Origin: Spirogloea muscicola
Taxonomy: Eukaryota
Direction: 5' to 3'
Length of the DNA stretch: 63,764 bases
Assembly (NCBI GenBank): GCA_009602725.1
Contig: WELB01000021.1
Location: 1 to 63,764, forward strand
In this document: positions 50,839 to 63,764 of the stretch, one piece after another
Layout of the letters: every line of letters starts with the position of its first letter
Position numbering within the stretch: position 1 is the first letter of the stretch
Position numbers and translations under genes: made by a program
Notes under the pieces: model-generated
The model's database searches: none
What the model was told of the DNA's origin: nothing
What the model saw: only the letters and a program-made list of their open reading frames with translations

Positions 50839-53345
50839 AGAGGGGCTCCTCATTGCAAAAGGGGGCTATGGCTGCTGATTATAAAAGAAAATGAAGAAGC
50901 TGACTAGCGGTTCATTAGCGGCCATTCTAAGTGATCACTTGCTCTCCTGAGTGGTGTACGCTTTGCTCCTTCTTCAGGACTTGTACATTCCTCGTCCAAT
51001 CTCGTTTGGGGCTGCCCCTCGCAATCATTGACTCCCTGCTGCTACTTGCTTTCCCCCTGCTATTGGCAAAGCTCCTTCTGATAACCGCCCCTGTATATCA
51101 GAGCCGCTTTGTTGCACTTGTAACTCTCGGAGCATTACCCCGGGATCGTCGTCTTGCGCAGCCCCTGGCCGCCCCCCCCCATCTCGCCGTGGTTGCTGCT
51201 GCCAGTGGATGCTGTTGCAGTTGCCGCCGTCTCATCGCGGCTCGCCTATTGGTCTTGCATTGGAGCCCCCGGCGTCACCACCTTCAGCCCCATCCCGTCC
51301 TTGCACTCCCACTTTCAACTCCTCCTTCCACGTCTTCTTTAACTGGCTCCACTTTGCCACTGCCTCGCAATGCCTGTTGGTTGGAGCCCACTTACATTCT
51401 TCTCTGGAGCGAAGGTCCTTCTTCTTCAGCCTGTGACGGAGCGCGCTTCCCCCGCCTCCTTCAATAAGCCGCGCTGCTGTCAGGCGGCATGCTCGTGAGG
51501 GTGAGCAGGCGAGGACAGGAACTGGCTCAACTCAGTTGAATCAAGCATTACCACTGTGTGCAAACTCAACAGCCTATGGACCAAAGCTGCAAGTTGACCC
51601 AGCGCAAGGTAATGACCCGCAACAAAAGCTCGATGCAGCAGCCAAGAGGTTCCGCGTGGAGGAGTGGAAGCGAAGTTCATAGAGCGCAGCCTGGGTCAAC
51701 ACAATTGAAACATGGGATCCCAATTGTTACACGGCTTAAGGCCAATACAGTGCACCTAAATAGTGGTTGGGAGTTGAGCGCTTGCTTTTGGTTGCCCTAA
51801 CTCACCATTAGCTACGAATTGGTCTTCAACAACTGCATATTCAGATCAAACAGCTTGTCCTCTGTCACCTTCCTGGGCTGCCCACAGTGCAGCCACCTTC
51901 ATTGACCATGTTGATCATGCTTGAGGTGCAACTCATCAGTGGTGACGGTCTGCTTTGTGCAGTAAGCGCTTTCAAAGCGGGTTCCACTCAGCACAGTCAC
52001 GTCCTCTTTGATGGCTCCCTTGGCACAAACCTTGACAGCATATGAGGTCGAGGCGACTCATAACACTGACAACCACGCCTCAGGCTGTCTAAGAACGTAG
52101 CTGCGTTGACGTACTCACACCCGCTTGAGGGCTTTAATTGCAGTCTAAGAAGTTTCCCAGTTGGATATGTGACCCTGACCTTTCATGAGGTGCAGGCCTG
52201 TTTAGCAAGCAAGCAGGTACCTTCTCTTGAGTCTATAACACTGCGATGGAAGATTGTCGTCTAAGGTGTGAGCCACAGAGCAGAATGCTTAACTTAGTCA
52301 TGCAGCAAGTTCCAAAGACATTACATAGTAGGTTGAAAGAGCATACCAGAAGCTCACTCTTAAGGAAGGAAGCTGGGAGGCAACATCTGGGAAGTGTGGA
52401 GAAAAGAGCTAAGGCATGCAAGAGCAACTAGGCTGCACTTAATAGACTGCAAGTCCACCTTTAGATTTTCCTACCTCTGTGAGTACTGCAACACAAGGTG
52501 AGTGACTTGCCTTTTGCCCTTGGTTTACCGAGCTTGATATAGAGTACACCTTTCAAAAACCAGACCCCTAGATCTTACCAGTGCTTGCCATGCAGAAGTG
52601 AGACAGTAAGGTCAATCTGAGTCACAGAGACTTGGGCTGACATTCTTAGCCAGGACCACTGGTCTTGAACTGTTGTTTCTCTAAGTTGCCAGACTTGCAG
52701 CAACTACCACCTCCTAAATGGCGTACTATAACTGCATATGCCCACCAAGGATCACAACTACAGTACTTGTACACAATTGGTGTTAATACACTGTAACACA
52801 GGCTGCCACAATCATGAACTTTGGCAAAAGTCCTTCGATTTTCTAGCTGTCGTAAACTTCCAATCTGACTAGATGTGCTCCTTAAGGACCCAAAACACCT
52901 TCCAACCTGCGTCACCCTCGCAGGATAAATTACACAATCAATGATTCAATATCAAAAACAGTATAAAAAGCGACCAGTTTTTAGGGGGGAATTATCACAT
53001 TACAGCACATTACTCACACTCTAAGAACTAGCGAAGGACGCTCAATTGCTTGCGGCTCATTCTTTGGCACTGGCCAAGCAATGAAAGAGGGGGGGTATGA
53101 AGTCGAGAATCAGCACCTCGTTGTGGTGCTGGCCAAAGCATATTAGGAACTTCAAGATTCAATGCCCTCTTCAACTTTTGTATCGTCAATGGATTTTGGT
53201 TGGTCATTATCTGCCGAGATATGCAATCACTCAAATATAAGAGCATGCTAGCAATGCTACATACACTTTGTACGTTCTCTATGGATGTCAGGTCCTCAGC
53301 AACATTGACATTTGGGTTGTGCTAGTGTTTCTGTCTGCTTTTACA

Positions 53346-55528
53346 TCATGCTCCTGAATCATGAACCAGGGGACTGACCTCAAGTCAGCTGATAAGGAGA
53401 GCCAGATTTACAGCAAAGCTTACCCTGATCTTCTTGAAGATCTGAGCTCCACAGCGTCAAATTATCTCGCAGAAGCTGCATAATTAGTGTACTGTCCTTG
53501 TATGACTCCTCGCTCAATGTGTCAAGCTCAGCAATCGAGTCATCAAATGCTTGCTTGGCCAGATGGCAAGCCCTGCATCACAAATCAATAAACCAAAAGA
53601 TCAGGAAGCGCAATGGCTTTGGTCTTCGTACAGGGCATAACTGCACGCGGCATGCCAAGACTATGGAAGACAGACCCCGTTTCCCCTTTCCTGAGCTGCA
53701 ATGCCACTTACCGCTCACCATCGTTGAGAATCTCATAGTAGAACACTGAGAAATTGAGGGCCAATCCAAGTCTTATTGGGTGAGTGGGTGCAAGAACCCC
53801 ACTAGCAATCTCTGATGCAGCCTGGCAAGAGCACAAGATACAGAGACCGAGCTGCATAATGAGTCTCTCAGCATAAGCTCAACTGCACATGCACAATCAT
53901 GTAACACTCTGCTTGTAGGCTGGATGTAAGCCCTTGCCTAAGATGGTGACTGTGTTGCAAGGAATTTGTAAGGTAGGCAGTGCTCCAGCTTATGAGCAAC
54001 TCAATGCAGAGGACCTTGAAGCACTATTCAGATCAGAGGTGAAGGAGCTAACTATAACACCTCATAGGCCTTCAGGGAGTGCTGCGCAGCTTCTTGCTTC
54101 TTGCTATCAGTCTTGAATTCAGCAAGGTAACGGAAGTAGTCGCCCTTCCTGCACCACATGCGCAAGACGACAACGGCATGGAGAGTACAAGTCAAGACGT
54201 ACCAAGCCCACCTGTGCTCCAGCTCTGTTGTGCAATCATTCAAGAGCCCAGCACTGCTTCCTCAGCATTCCCTTCTGACGTGTCTAATCAGCCGCATTGA
54301 CTGCTGACTCGGGGAATCATAGCCAACGAAATACGAAGAACATGCACATCCTGCAGAACACCTTCTTTAATGTAGTGGACACAGCACAATGTGCTCAAAG
54401 TAGTTGACAAGAAATTAACAGGTTATGCACTTACATTTTGTAATAGAATACTTTTGACTCCCCCTTGTCTGAAGCTGGTATCAGATTTTCATCAATCACT
54501 GACAAGATGTCCTCACATATCTTATGCAACTCATCCTCCACCTTCATCCTGGCCGTCGGAAATCGACAATTCCAATGTCAGCGAAAGTGTTTCGTTTGTC
54601 ACACAGGGTTGCTGATGATGGCACACTCAAGTGCAAATACTCAGATGGACCTCACATGGCAATAGGAGGTCACAATTTGACAGCTGACAGCCAATTTGAG
54701 TCGCAGGGAATGACTGCAAGACCTGTACTGAGTAATGCGAGCAACGTTCTGCTCATTGCCTTTTGCCTTCTCCTTCTGCTCAATGGAGGACATTATTCGC
54801 CATGAAGCCCTGCGAGCCCCTATGACGTTCTTGTAACCAACAGAAAGAAGATTCCTCTCCTCAACAGTCAGCTCCACATCCAGCTTAGCCACCTTCTTCA
54901 TGGACTCAACCATCTCTGCATCACGACACCATGACATACCCGTTATGACTCTGTTCCCTTGCCTGCCCCTTGCCTTGCAGGAGGAGGGATTACTGCTTAC
55001 TTTGGATGCACACTGCACTCCCTAACTCTCTCTTTATTCACGTCTTACCGGCAAGCCAAGGCGCTTTCACAACGATAGATGAGTCTGATACTTAAGAAGG
55101 CACGAGTGGTGATCAAGCGTTCCCCTGAGAGACCTACAATGAAACTTTGTACCCACCCCCTTCTGCCACAGGACTGACCAACTGACAGTGCAACAAAGAA
55201 GTAGCAGACGACAGGTAACAGGTGAAGATGTCCTGCAACTGCCGACGCCCTGCATTATTGTCCCTCTTGGTGGACAACAGACCAAACTTCCCTTGAACCC
55301 TCGGGCAGCCGACGAAAGTCCTTCCAAACCCCGGAAGGGTAGTGATATGACAGACTGCCTGCCCGCCGCAATGAGAGAGCCTACGAAGGCGTCGTCGTCG
55401 CCACGGGCCGCTAGCAAAACGGGAGGGAGTGGGGGAGGGGCCGGGGAGCGGCTGCCCTGACCATCGTAGCGCTCCGCTTGCTCCGCAAGCTTGGCCATGT
55501 AGACATAACGCTCGCGCTCCTTCTCCAT
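53346..55528 (-). CDS. GRF: 14-3-3 protein (epsilon-group type, multi-intron); last exon uncertain
   Basis: [100 protein letters not shown]. Confidence 0.97.
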
Positions 55529-55540
55529 GGCCTGGAAGCC

Positions 55541-55571
<31 letters not shown>

Positions 55572-55910
55572 GGCCACGCGAGNGGTGCTGCGCCGCCGGC
55601 GCCGGCGCGGGCCGCGAGGATCCGCGGCGGAAGCGGCGGCGCTTGCGGCGGCCGCGGAGGAGACGACTACGCTGGCGACGAGGAGCCTCAGTAAGTACCA
55701 GAATGGAAGGAGCGACGCGGGTGGGGCGCCGGTTAACCACAGTAACCGCGGTGGAGAACAGGTCAGAACAGATACACCTCGCCACCCGGCGTGCCTAATC
55801 CGCCGTTGTAACAGAATGGGCAAAGATTTGGCGCCACGAACATCGGGAGTAACGTGGGCGAACGGGATAACTACCCCGACGGCGAGTAACCCGGGGGGCC
55901 TGCATGCTGC

Positions 55911-55932
55911 GCCACGTGTGAGGCCACGTGCC
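55911..55932. promoter_or_regulatory. Tandem G-box/ABRE-like pair upstream of 14-3-3
   Basis: GCCACGTGTG and GCCACGTGCC about 390 bp upstream of the ATG; an N at 55583 lies between them and the gene. Confidence 0.4.
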
Positions 55933-56133
55933 AATTTCGCCGCGTGGAGCGGCAAACCGTGACGCGGCGGGGATTACGATAGGCGGCGACAAAGATAGCT
56001 TGTACTTGCTTTTCTGCCCTCGCCACAATCAAAAGCGCTCAACCCGTGTCCTCGCCACAAGCGACCTGAGGGTATTCGGCTAGCTGCAGCCGCTCTGTGA
56101 CTTATTACCACATACCTTGGTAGCCATACTAGA

Positions 56134-56540
56134 GAGAAGTGGCACTCCCAAAGGGGGCAAGGGCTGTGTAAAGCCAGCTCAAAAAAGAATTGACAAACGG
56201 TTCGAAGGGGCCAAATGATGGAGGGGCCTTAAAAAAGGCTAAGCAGCTACTAAGGGGCCTGAAGATGCTATGTCAGAACGGGGGAGGATGGACCACTCAG
56301 TGATTCCTTTGGGCTGGCCTCTCCCAGCCACCAGTTAATCCGGCCGCGCTTCCTTTCCTACGAGTGAGGAGCCTCAAATCCGACAGACTAGCTTGCCGGA
56401 AAACTATCCCAATACTAGGCCCTTCAGACCAACCTCAAGGTAATTGGTAAAACGCCGTCCACCGGGCAGTCAGAAGAAGTGCTGTCCCAAAAGGGGCAAG
56501 GGCTGTGGAAAGCCAGCCCGACACCATTGACAAAGGGGAA
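56134..56540 (-). mobile_element. CRE subfamily-B 3' remnant (56134-56410) interrupted by an antisense C end (56302-56358), plus a second B-like end (56471-56538)
   Basis: Reverse complement matches 39630-39842 on both sides of the interruption. Confidence 0.85.
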
Positions 56541-56660
56541 CCAGACAGTTGCTCATTATAGCCGTGAAGTTTGTATAATTCTCGGTTCTCAGGAAGAAAT
56601 CAACCGCACCGAGTGTACTTGTCCAAGAAGGACAGGATCCCGCTCCGAGCGGCGAGCCCG

Positions 56661-56665
56661 AAAAA
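56661..56665 (-). terminator. Pol III terminator (T5) for tRNA-Ala
   Basis: TTTTT on the minus strand 12 nt after the tRNA 3' end. Confidence 0.7.
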
Positions 56666-56677
56666 GCGGTGACAATG

Positions 56678-56750
56678 TGGAGACGCCGGGTATCGATCCC
56701 GGTACCTCTCGCATGCAAAGCGAGCGCTCTTCCATTTGAGCTACACCCCC
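56678..56750 (-). tRNA. trnA-UGC: tRNA-Ala (UGC)
   Basis: GGGGGTGTAGCTCAAATGGAAGAGCGCTCGCTTTGCATGCGAGAGGTACCGGGATCGATACCCGGCGTCTCCA: 73-nt cloverleaf, TGC anticodon, G3:U70 identity pair, discriminator A. Confidence 0.93.
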
Positions 56751-57092
56751 GCGTAGCAGCAGCACGCAGCATCATTTAGTATATACTCTGAAATGCAGGA
56801 TCTTGGGGTTTCTGTCCTTCTTCTATTGATATATACCAGCGTGAGAAAAACCCTATTCTAAACCATATTCATATGGAATACATATGGTTTTAGCGTGTCA
56901 TGATCAGACCGCGGCACCCTGTCCGGTGGTTTGGGGGCATTCGCTCTCAATCAAAACGTCATGAAACTAGCGTCCAGGTTAACAGGAAGTTGTGAAGTGA
57001 AACAGCGGTAACCAGGATTTGGACCTGGCAGGGCAGACCTTCCTTCGTATTCTTCCTCCCTCCCAACCCCTTCCCGTGCTCGCGGCGCCGCC

Positions 57093-58658
57093 ATGGCAGC
57101 CGAGGCCCCGGGCCCGGGTCCGGCGCCGGCGCCGGCGGGCCCGCTGGACGACGGAGACGGGGACGTCGGCATGCGGGCCGCGCCGGGGCAGGAGGTGTGC
57201 GCCGTGAAGGGCCTCGGAGCCGCGCTGAGCGGCGGTGTCATGGGCGGCATCTTCGGCCTCGGTGAGAGCGCGCGGCCGCTGCCATCTGCGGTGGATGCTC
57301 GTAGACTCCACATGACGTTTGTTGACAATCTGAAGTCGGCACCGGGCAGGCGGGCCTACCGCCATATGAGCTCCCCGCCCGCTGCATTGATAGTAATCAA
57401 ATGAGCCCATGAGCCAACTCCAGAGGTGGCGCTTGCCATCCTCACCTCAAGCCTTTTTACTTGAAAGCCAGTGGCAGCGTCCTTAACTCATCCGCCTCGC
57501 ACACGTGACCCTCGTTGTTGCTTTTGTTGGCACTCTGCAGCAGCCAAGGCTATCCTGCCCAAGCCCAGTTTGTGTGTCGGTTACCCCCTTGTCGTAGCTG
57601 TTTGCTTCACGTGTTTGAGTTGAAGTAGGCTACTTGTCTCAGGTGTGCCTGGGGCTGATTTTGTCAGTCAGTGCGATATGGTGTGTCCAGGCTCTGGACT
57701 CCTCAAAAAGGAGGGCTTCAGGGGGGCTCTGAAAGAGGGGGGCAGTTCGGCTAAGGTGGGTTGAGGTCCAGACTCATGCTTTTGATAGTTTCCCTCCTGA
57801 AGGAGCATTCACCAGTACAGATACGCATGAGCTAGCAAGCCTGCCTGGTCTGTCAAGCAGCCAATGGTTGGACCTAACAGAGGCTCTTGGTCCCCTTTCC
57901 TTCCTTTGCCGGTCTGCCGTCAGACCTTTGCAATCATGTCATCAGTACATACTGTGGTCAACTGCTACATGAAGAAGCTGCGTAAGAAGGAAGATGGTAA
58001 GTCTCGCTGGTTGCCTTGTCAGGGGAACGCATATCCTCCTGCTCAATTGTGGCCCCGCTTCTAAGCAGAACCGCACCCGGCAATTGTCAAACATCATAGT
58101 CAGATTGTGTCTTACCTTGACATGTCAGGAGTGTACTCTTGCAGCAATCAATGCAGGCATCGCAGGCTGTGCAACTGGTCTTGCACTTGGTTACGGAGGT
58201 AAGCGAACCATCATAGCAAGCGGCTTGCAAGAGCGTGTACCCTTCATGGAGCAATGCCGAGGTCCTGAATTGAAGCAGTTGCGCAAATATCACCCTCTAA
58301 GACTACCTTTGAGGGTTGCTATTTGTTGTGAAGTCACCGCCCGCTTACTGGCATTGTATCTCTGCACTCGTCTTTGGCAGGCACTCCTCAAGGGATGTTG
58401 CAGAGCTGCCTTGGCTTTGGAGCCTTCTCGTATATCTTTGACTACATCAACCCCCCTGCTGCAGCCTCACAAAGCCTGCCCCAGAGCTGCAGCCGCCAAC
58501 GGCGGAAGAGCCAAAGGCTGCTGCGTCTACCTTGCGGGTTTCACCTTCCTGTACTTCCTCCGTTCACTCTGCCCTTCTCTATTCCTGTCATCAACGAACA
58601 GCAATGGGTATCAGGGTGGCAACCGCAGAATCAGATAGATCTGAGGCATAGGCGATGA
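57093..58658 (+). CDS. Tim17/Tim22/Tim23 (PRAT) family translocase, HP20/HP22-like, 5 exons
   Basis: GAALSGGVMGGIFG, GGSSAK|TFAIMSSVHTVVNCYMKKLRKKED|AINAGIAGCATGLAL, PQGMLQSCLGFGAFSYI, and LPPFTLP tail. Confidence 0.9.
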
Positions 58659-60588
58659 GAACTCCCTGCACAACCTTGAGTGACTTTCTGTCAGCAGCTG
58701 CTAGACCTCCTTACGTTAAGAGCGAAGGCTTAGGCCAGTTGCTCCGCTTAAGGATGACGGATGGCAAGGATGTTGGGCGATTTCGCTGACTAGTGGGTCC
58801 CAGCCCCTTCAATTTTGCAGCTTAAAGAGACTGACATACAAAAGCCTGCCTGTGTGTGTCACTATACGTCCTGCACCTTAATTCACTGAGAGGGCGCAAT
58901 CCATGTAAAGCATAAGCTCAGTAAAGGCACTGAAGGCTCCTTGATGCGCTTGAATCTGATAAGCATAGGTGATGTGTACACATAAACGCGAAAATCCGCG
59001 TCGAGGAGGGAGGATAAGCACCCAGGTGTCTGGCAACTTAAGGAAAGCAGAAGGTCTAGATGGGGCAGAATGATACGACTCCAATAACTTCCAAGGTGCT
59101 CGAAAATGAGGGGGGGCTCGCCCAAGCTCTCTCAACACATCCCCCCCAGAACCTCTCCCCACCGGATATGTTACAGTGGACATGGCAAGCCAGGCTGACC
59201 ACTACTTCTGTCTTCACTCAACCAGCGTGTCCAATCTGGGGCGGACATTGGAAATCTCCCCCTTTACTCGGCTTTAGGCCTTGGGTCGTTTTTTAAATCT
59301 CTGCCAGAAGATGAAAATGTGACTAGCCCTTCCAGCATGTCTGCAGATTGTATTGCCGTACACCCTGGCTTGGCCTTTGGTGAGTCCAGGTTGTCAAGTG
59401 AGAGCCCGGGGTAGAGAATGTACTAGGCAGCCATCCATCCGGCACGCCGCCAGGTCGAAAATCACTCACAAGGGCTTGCGCCACCAAGGTGCTCGCTGTT
59501 CTTGTTCCAATTGAGGTTCAAGACGCTACAGCCGTCGCGACCCTCTGATGCACACCCACAGTCGCGTCTACCAAGGCCTTCTTGGCTGATGGGCCCACCT
59601 CGACCTTGTCCACTTTGTCTCCAGATAGTTGGCCTTTCACATCAAATCTTCTTAAAAAAAGGGTTTCCTTACACTTGCCTTACACTTGCCTGCTTCCTGG
59701 CCAGGCCGTTTACCAATGCAGGGCACACTGACGTCGACTCCACCAGCAAGAACCTCCAGAAGGGTCGCCTTCCATCGCCGTCTCGCGCACCGCCTCCTTA
59801 ATATCTCGCAAAACTACTCCAGGCTGCACCTCTTTCCATCTCAAGGAAGCGGTCCAAAATCTCTTTCGAACGACTTGTGAGTTGGGTAGTCTCTCTTAGT
59901 AGCCATCAAGCGGCAGCTCAATGTTTTCCTGCCATAACATCGTTACAACTAGGTTGGCTCATGGTATGAGGAGCAGCCAGCTTAGTGAGTTGCTGGTGGA
60001 CAACTACGTATCAACGCACAAACGTTGCTTTGCAGCTATTCCTGCATCCGTGGTTGCTGGCACTCATTGCATGCCAGTGGAATTGTAATCGTCTTATGTG
60101 ATCGAGCCCCGAACCCTTAACCCATTTGCTGTTGATTTCTTCTCCAATAACAACCACCCATGTATTATGGCATGCTCTGCCGTCCACTGCATCTAACACA
60201 AGGAACTAGTGCATGGACCTGGGAGGCATGCCCTCGTGACTGCCCCTCGTGACACAAAAGAGCTAGCAGACAGTCTATTTGTCACGAAATGATGCAGGAC
60301 AAGGCATACAACTTATTGAAGTCCTGTTATCTCCATAAGATATGCAAGAGCCACTACTAAGCTCATCAAGGTGTATTAATATGTCATAGTGTAAAAGCGA
60401 GTATGTAAAATCAATACAACACATGCCACCACACAAAAGTTGGCTGACAGAGGCCTTATTTTAGCCAGCACATACACTTCTCGGCTCTTGGTGAAGTTCT
60501 CGCCATATTTTTGGCTCTTCTGCTCCTAAAATCTTTGCTGCCCAAGAACAGCAGCCGTAGCAGTTTCACCCACCTGCCTATGGTCTTC

Positions 60589-63068
60589 TCACTGCCTGAA
60601 ACGCTGCATAGTCTTGAAGGCCCCGAGTTTGATTACGTACTCATAGTAGATGACAGCAAGAAGTGCTCCTAGATAAGGTCCAAGCCAGAAAATCCACTGC
60701 AATGCGACATGTAGAGCAACATGGTTGTTGATCAATATTGCTATGCACAAGACAGTGAAGACAGACTTGCTGCACCGAGTAACAGCAATGAGCTTAGAAC
60801 CAGGCATGTCACAGGATGTCAATCTTGAGCAGTGCCAATGAAGGGCTTGCTAGAAGAGATGAAGCAAGTGGCACTCATTGAAGTGTCTCCTAAGCATCCA
60901 TGCACTGCTCTTCAGCGACAAGCATTGGCATCATGAAGATGGAACTTCTCTAGTACAAGGCAACCAGAACACTCACATGGTCATCCCATGCCTTGTCAGA
61001 GCCAGCAACAACGGCAGACGCAAAGCTCCGAGCAGGATTGATGCCAGTTCCGGTCACTGGGATGGTGGCGACGTGGACAACAAATACGGTGAACCCAATA
61101 GCAAGTGGAGCTAAGGCCTGCGTGCGGCACAATCCGTCATGTGATATTACTGATTCTCTTCAAGTTGCACACGCGGCTGTCAGTGTGGCAGCGTGTGTGG
61201 TGATTCTGCTAAGGTGTAAAACTTACATTGATTGGAGCGAGCACTCACGGGTCCCACAAGAACAGGTGACAACCAGCAAAGAAGCCCCTCCTAGGCTGAC
61301 GGCAAAGGGCATTATACTGTTACTTTCAAGCAATGACGAGTGAAAAAGTATAGAACGATTTAAAGGTTAACTGGTAACGCACTGGAATGTGGAAATCACG
61401 GGCAGCTCTCTTTGGGTCCGTGGCAGAGAAGACAACAAAAACAAGCACAAACGTGCCAATAATCTCTGCTCCCAAGCCAGCTCCATTGCTGTACCCAGGT
61501 TGCACAAAGTTGGCGCCTCCAGTTGCCGCGTTGAACTCTGCAAGCAGCAGAGCTGTTCGTCAGCAGACACTCAACAAATTGAGCAAGTTCTCAAGGTTCC
61601 ATGCACGCACATCATCATGAGGTATTTGGGCATGGAAGACTGACCACTCTTGTGCAAGCCTTTCACAATGCCGACACCGACAATGCCTCCCAGCATCTGG
61701 GAGATCGTGTAAAGGAACCAGCGAGGAAGTGAGATGCGCCGGGCCAACAGCATGGCCAATGACACAGCTGGGTTGATGTGGCCACCTGTTGGGAGCAGAG
61801 CAAGTAGAACCAGATTAGTACGACTATTCCCATTGATTGATCATTCTTCAAGATAACTAGCCATGTAGCACTTGTGAAACACACCACCCTATGTCTGCGG
61901 CATGGAGCACATGGCACATGCAGAGGTGGGTGATTGAGCAAGGAGGTTGGCAGAGCACCTGACACGCCCGCAATGCAGAAGACGAGGATGAAGATCATGA
62001 TGCCGAAGGATGTTGCGATGCCATATATACCAACACTGACACCCGGAGTATCCTGCAAAATTGCATATTGTCAGCTTACCATTAGCTTGCTAGTCAGCCA
62101 GTCGTGCTAGAGAGGCCATCTGAAGATAAAGAAGCTCACATCATGCCAAGCACTCTGTCTGGGCCCTCCTTGATGCCAACCAATCAAGGACAGATGTTAC
62201 ACCCACACAATTAGAGCAATCTGAGTCCTCTCAATTCGCAACATCTGTGAACTGGATGTTCACAAGGGCACTGCTGAGATGTCTAGAAAGTACTTGGCAA
62301 AGTCCAAGGGATAATGCCAATGGCAGAGGTAGTCATCAATACCTTGAAGTGCGTAATGGTGAGAATGGTGAAGTAGAGGAAAAGCAGTGTCGACATAAAC
62401 TCGGCGATACAGGCACGGTAGAGAGACCATCTGCCCAGCTCCTCAGCATCAATAAATGGCACGACTGCAACGGGTGTGTAGTCCCTAGTGGACTGGGCCC
62501 TCCTGCAGTGAGGACACGTCCAGCCTCTGTGAGTGTGAGGACCATGGAGGAATTGACACCTTGTGTGACAATCCTAGTGTAGTGGCTTGCCATGTCTGGC
62601 AAGGGTGTCCTGCATTGGAGTCTATGGGTTGGGAGGAGGATAAGCCGAGGGCCACTGCAGCAGGCTGCTGCAACCCTTGCTTATGCTTGATGGCATGACT
62701 TGCTAAACGCTTGGTGAAAGACGCTGTATCGCAAGGTGGTCCCTTAAGCAACAATGACTCTGTAAGCGAGGACCAGGCTGCACTTAAGCTCAGTGCCATC
62801 AAAGAAGCCAGCACATAGTCCTGGCATGACATGTTCAAACGAACACTCTCCACCTGCATTGGTGCTTCAGGCATTGGGCAGGGACGATATAGCTGCATCA
62901 ACATATGCTCGATGGGGTATCTCTTCTGCAAGAGACAGCGAGTGTCAAGTTTCTCCAAAGCGCCACAAGTAATGGGAGGGCGATAAATTGCAGGGTAGGC
63001 ACATACGCAAGGTTGCCCTCCTCGGCGAGCTTCAGGTCAGGGTCGACGCTGTGGTGGGTCGCCGCCAT
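60589..63068 (-). CDS. PIP: PIP-type aquaporin (MIP family), 7 exons
   Basis: [81 protein letters not shown]; ar/R filter F/H/T/R. Confidence 0.93.
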
Positions 63069-63299
63069 GGCGGGAGAAGCGCACCCTAGTCTCTCCCCAC
63101 TCGGGGTGCTGGCGCTGGGCGTGGTACGCGGGGGAGGATTGGCACGCCTCGGGACTGCGGCGGCAGCTTCGCAGCACAGGCGGCGGCGACCTTGGGAGAC
63201 GGGCTGAGAGGCAGTGGCAAGAGCAGACTGTGGCTGCTGACACAGAAGAGCTCACCTGCACAGCCACACCTCGTCTGTATAAGAAGCGAGCTCTTGCAA

Positions 63300-63560
63300 G
63301 TGGGCTGGGGGCTGTGAAGGGCCAGCTTGACACGAAGCTCTGCCCGATGGGGCGATGGTTGTGATTAAGCCAGCCCAGAGAGAAAATGGTGTATATTGAG
63401 TGGCCACGAACAATCGCGAAGGGCAAGCTCTTATCAAGGTCTTCCAAGGTGACAGCCTTCAGTAGAGGGGCGATGGTGCTGTGTGATCGGCCAGCCCAGG
63501 AAAAAGGATTAACAAAGCTCCAAAAGGTGGCCGATGGCTGTGGAAGGAGAAATAAATAAC
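63300..63560 (-). mobile_element. Degenerate CRE 3'-hairpin fragments upstream of the aquaporin
   Basis: GGCTGTGAAGGGCCAGC (63310), AGCCAGCCCAGAGAGAAAA (63368), and GGCCAGCCCAGGAAAAAGGATTAACAAAG (63489). Confidence 0.55.
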
Positions 63561-63764
63561 ATAATGATTTACAAGGCCTGCAAGAGAAGGGTGGGTGAAT
63601 GTCCGAGTGTGGGGGCGAAAGAACCCACAGGGGACCCCCCCCCCCCACCCCACCTCCCTCCTCGTCCGGGCTACGTGCCTGCCACGGGCTCCCCCCTCCC
63701 TCCCCGCAAGTGACACAAAGTCGTTATCATCGGCGTCCCCGAAAATCCCCCCCCTCCCCCTCCT

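Noticed and set aside
51480..52200. Possible decayed DNA-transposon coding remnant
   Set aside because: Only vague similarity; no terminal repeats or catalytic motif identifiable.
56858..56893. Short AT-rich inverted repeat (TAAACCATAT...ATATGGTTTTA)
   Set aside because: Single small palindrome with no TSD or second copy; insufficient for a MITE call.
58880..59900. Possible degenerate retroelement between the Tim22-family gene and the aquaporin
   Set aside because: No RT, integrase or gag motifs readable.

Overview
Eukaryotic, intron-rich, GC-rich nuclear DNA with a plant-type gene set (STOP1-like C2H2 factor, PIP aquaporin, plastid ClpP5, SYP13 syntaxin, type I metacaspase, TTTAGGG-like repeats). 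It is most consistent with a streptophyte alga (inference). About 12 spliced host genes, two orphan first exons and one tRNA-Ala are recognisable. The assembly is a draft, with N gaps, poly-A/T padding, and single-N joins at GCC microsatellites that probably create chimeras. The most striking non-host feature is a population of CRE-clade non-LTR retrotransposons (RT plus restriction-like endonuclease). At least three subfamilies, here called A, B and C, share a conserved 3' stem-loop (GGGCTGGCYTYTCNCAGCC-like) found at over 20 places and repeatedly insert into one another. At 33.2-39.95 kb they form a three-level nest. A subfamily C end is split by a head-to-head pair of two different 5'-truncated A copies bounded by a 9-bp direct repeat, and the right copy's 3' hairpin is itself split by a ~4.6-kb B element. 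Exon boundaries were read by eye and are approximate where stated.
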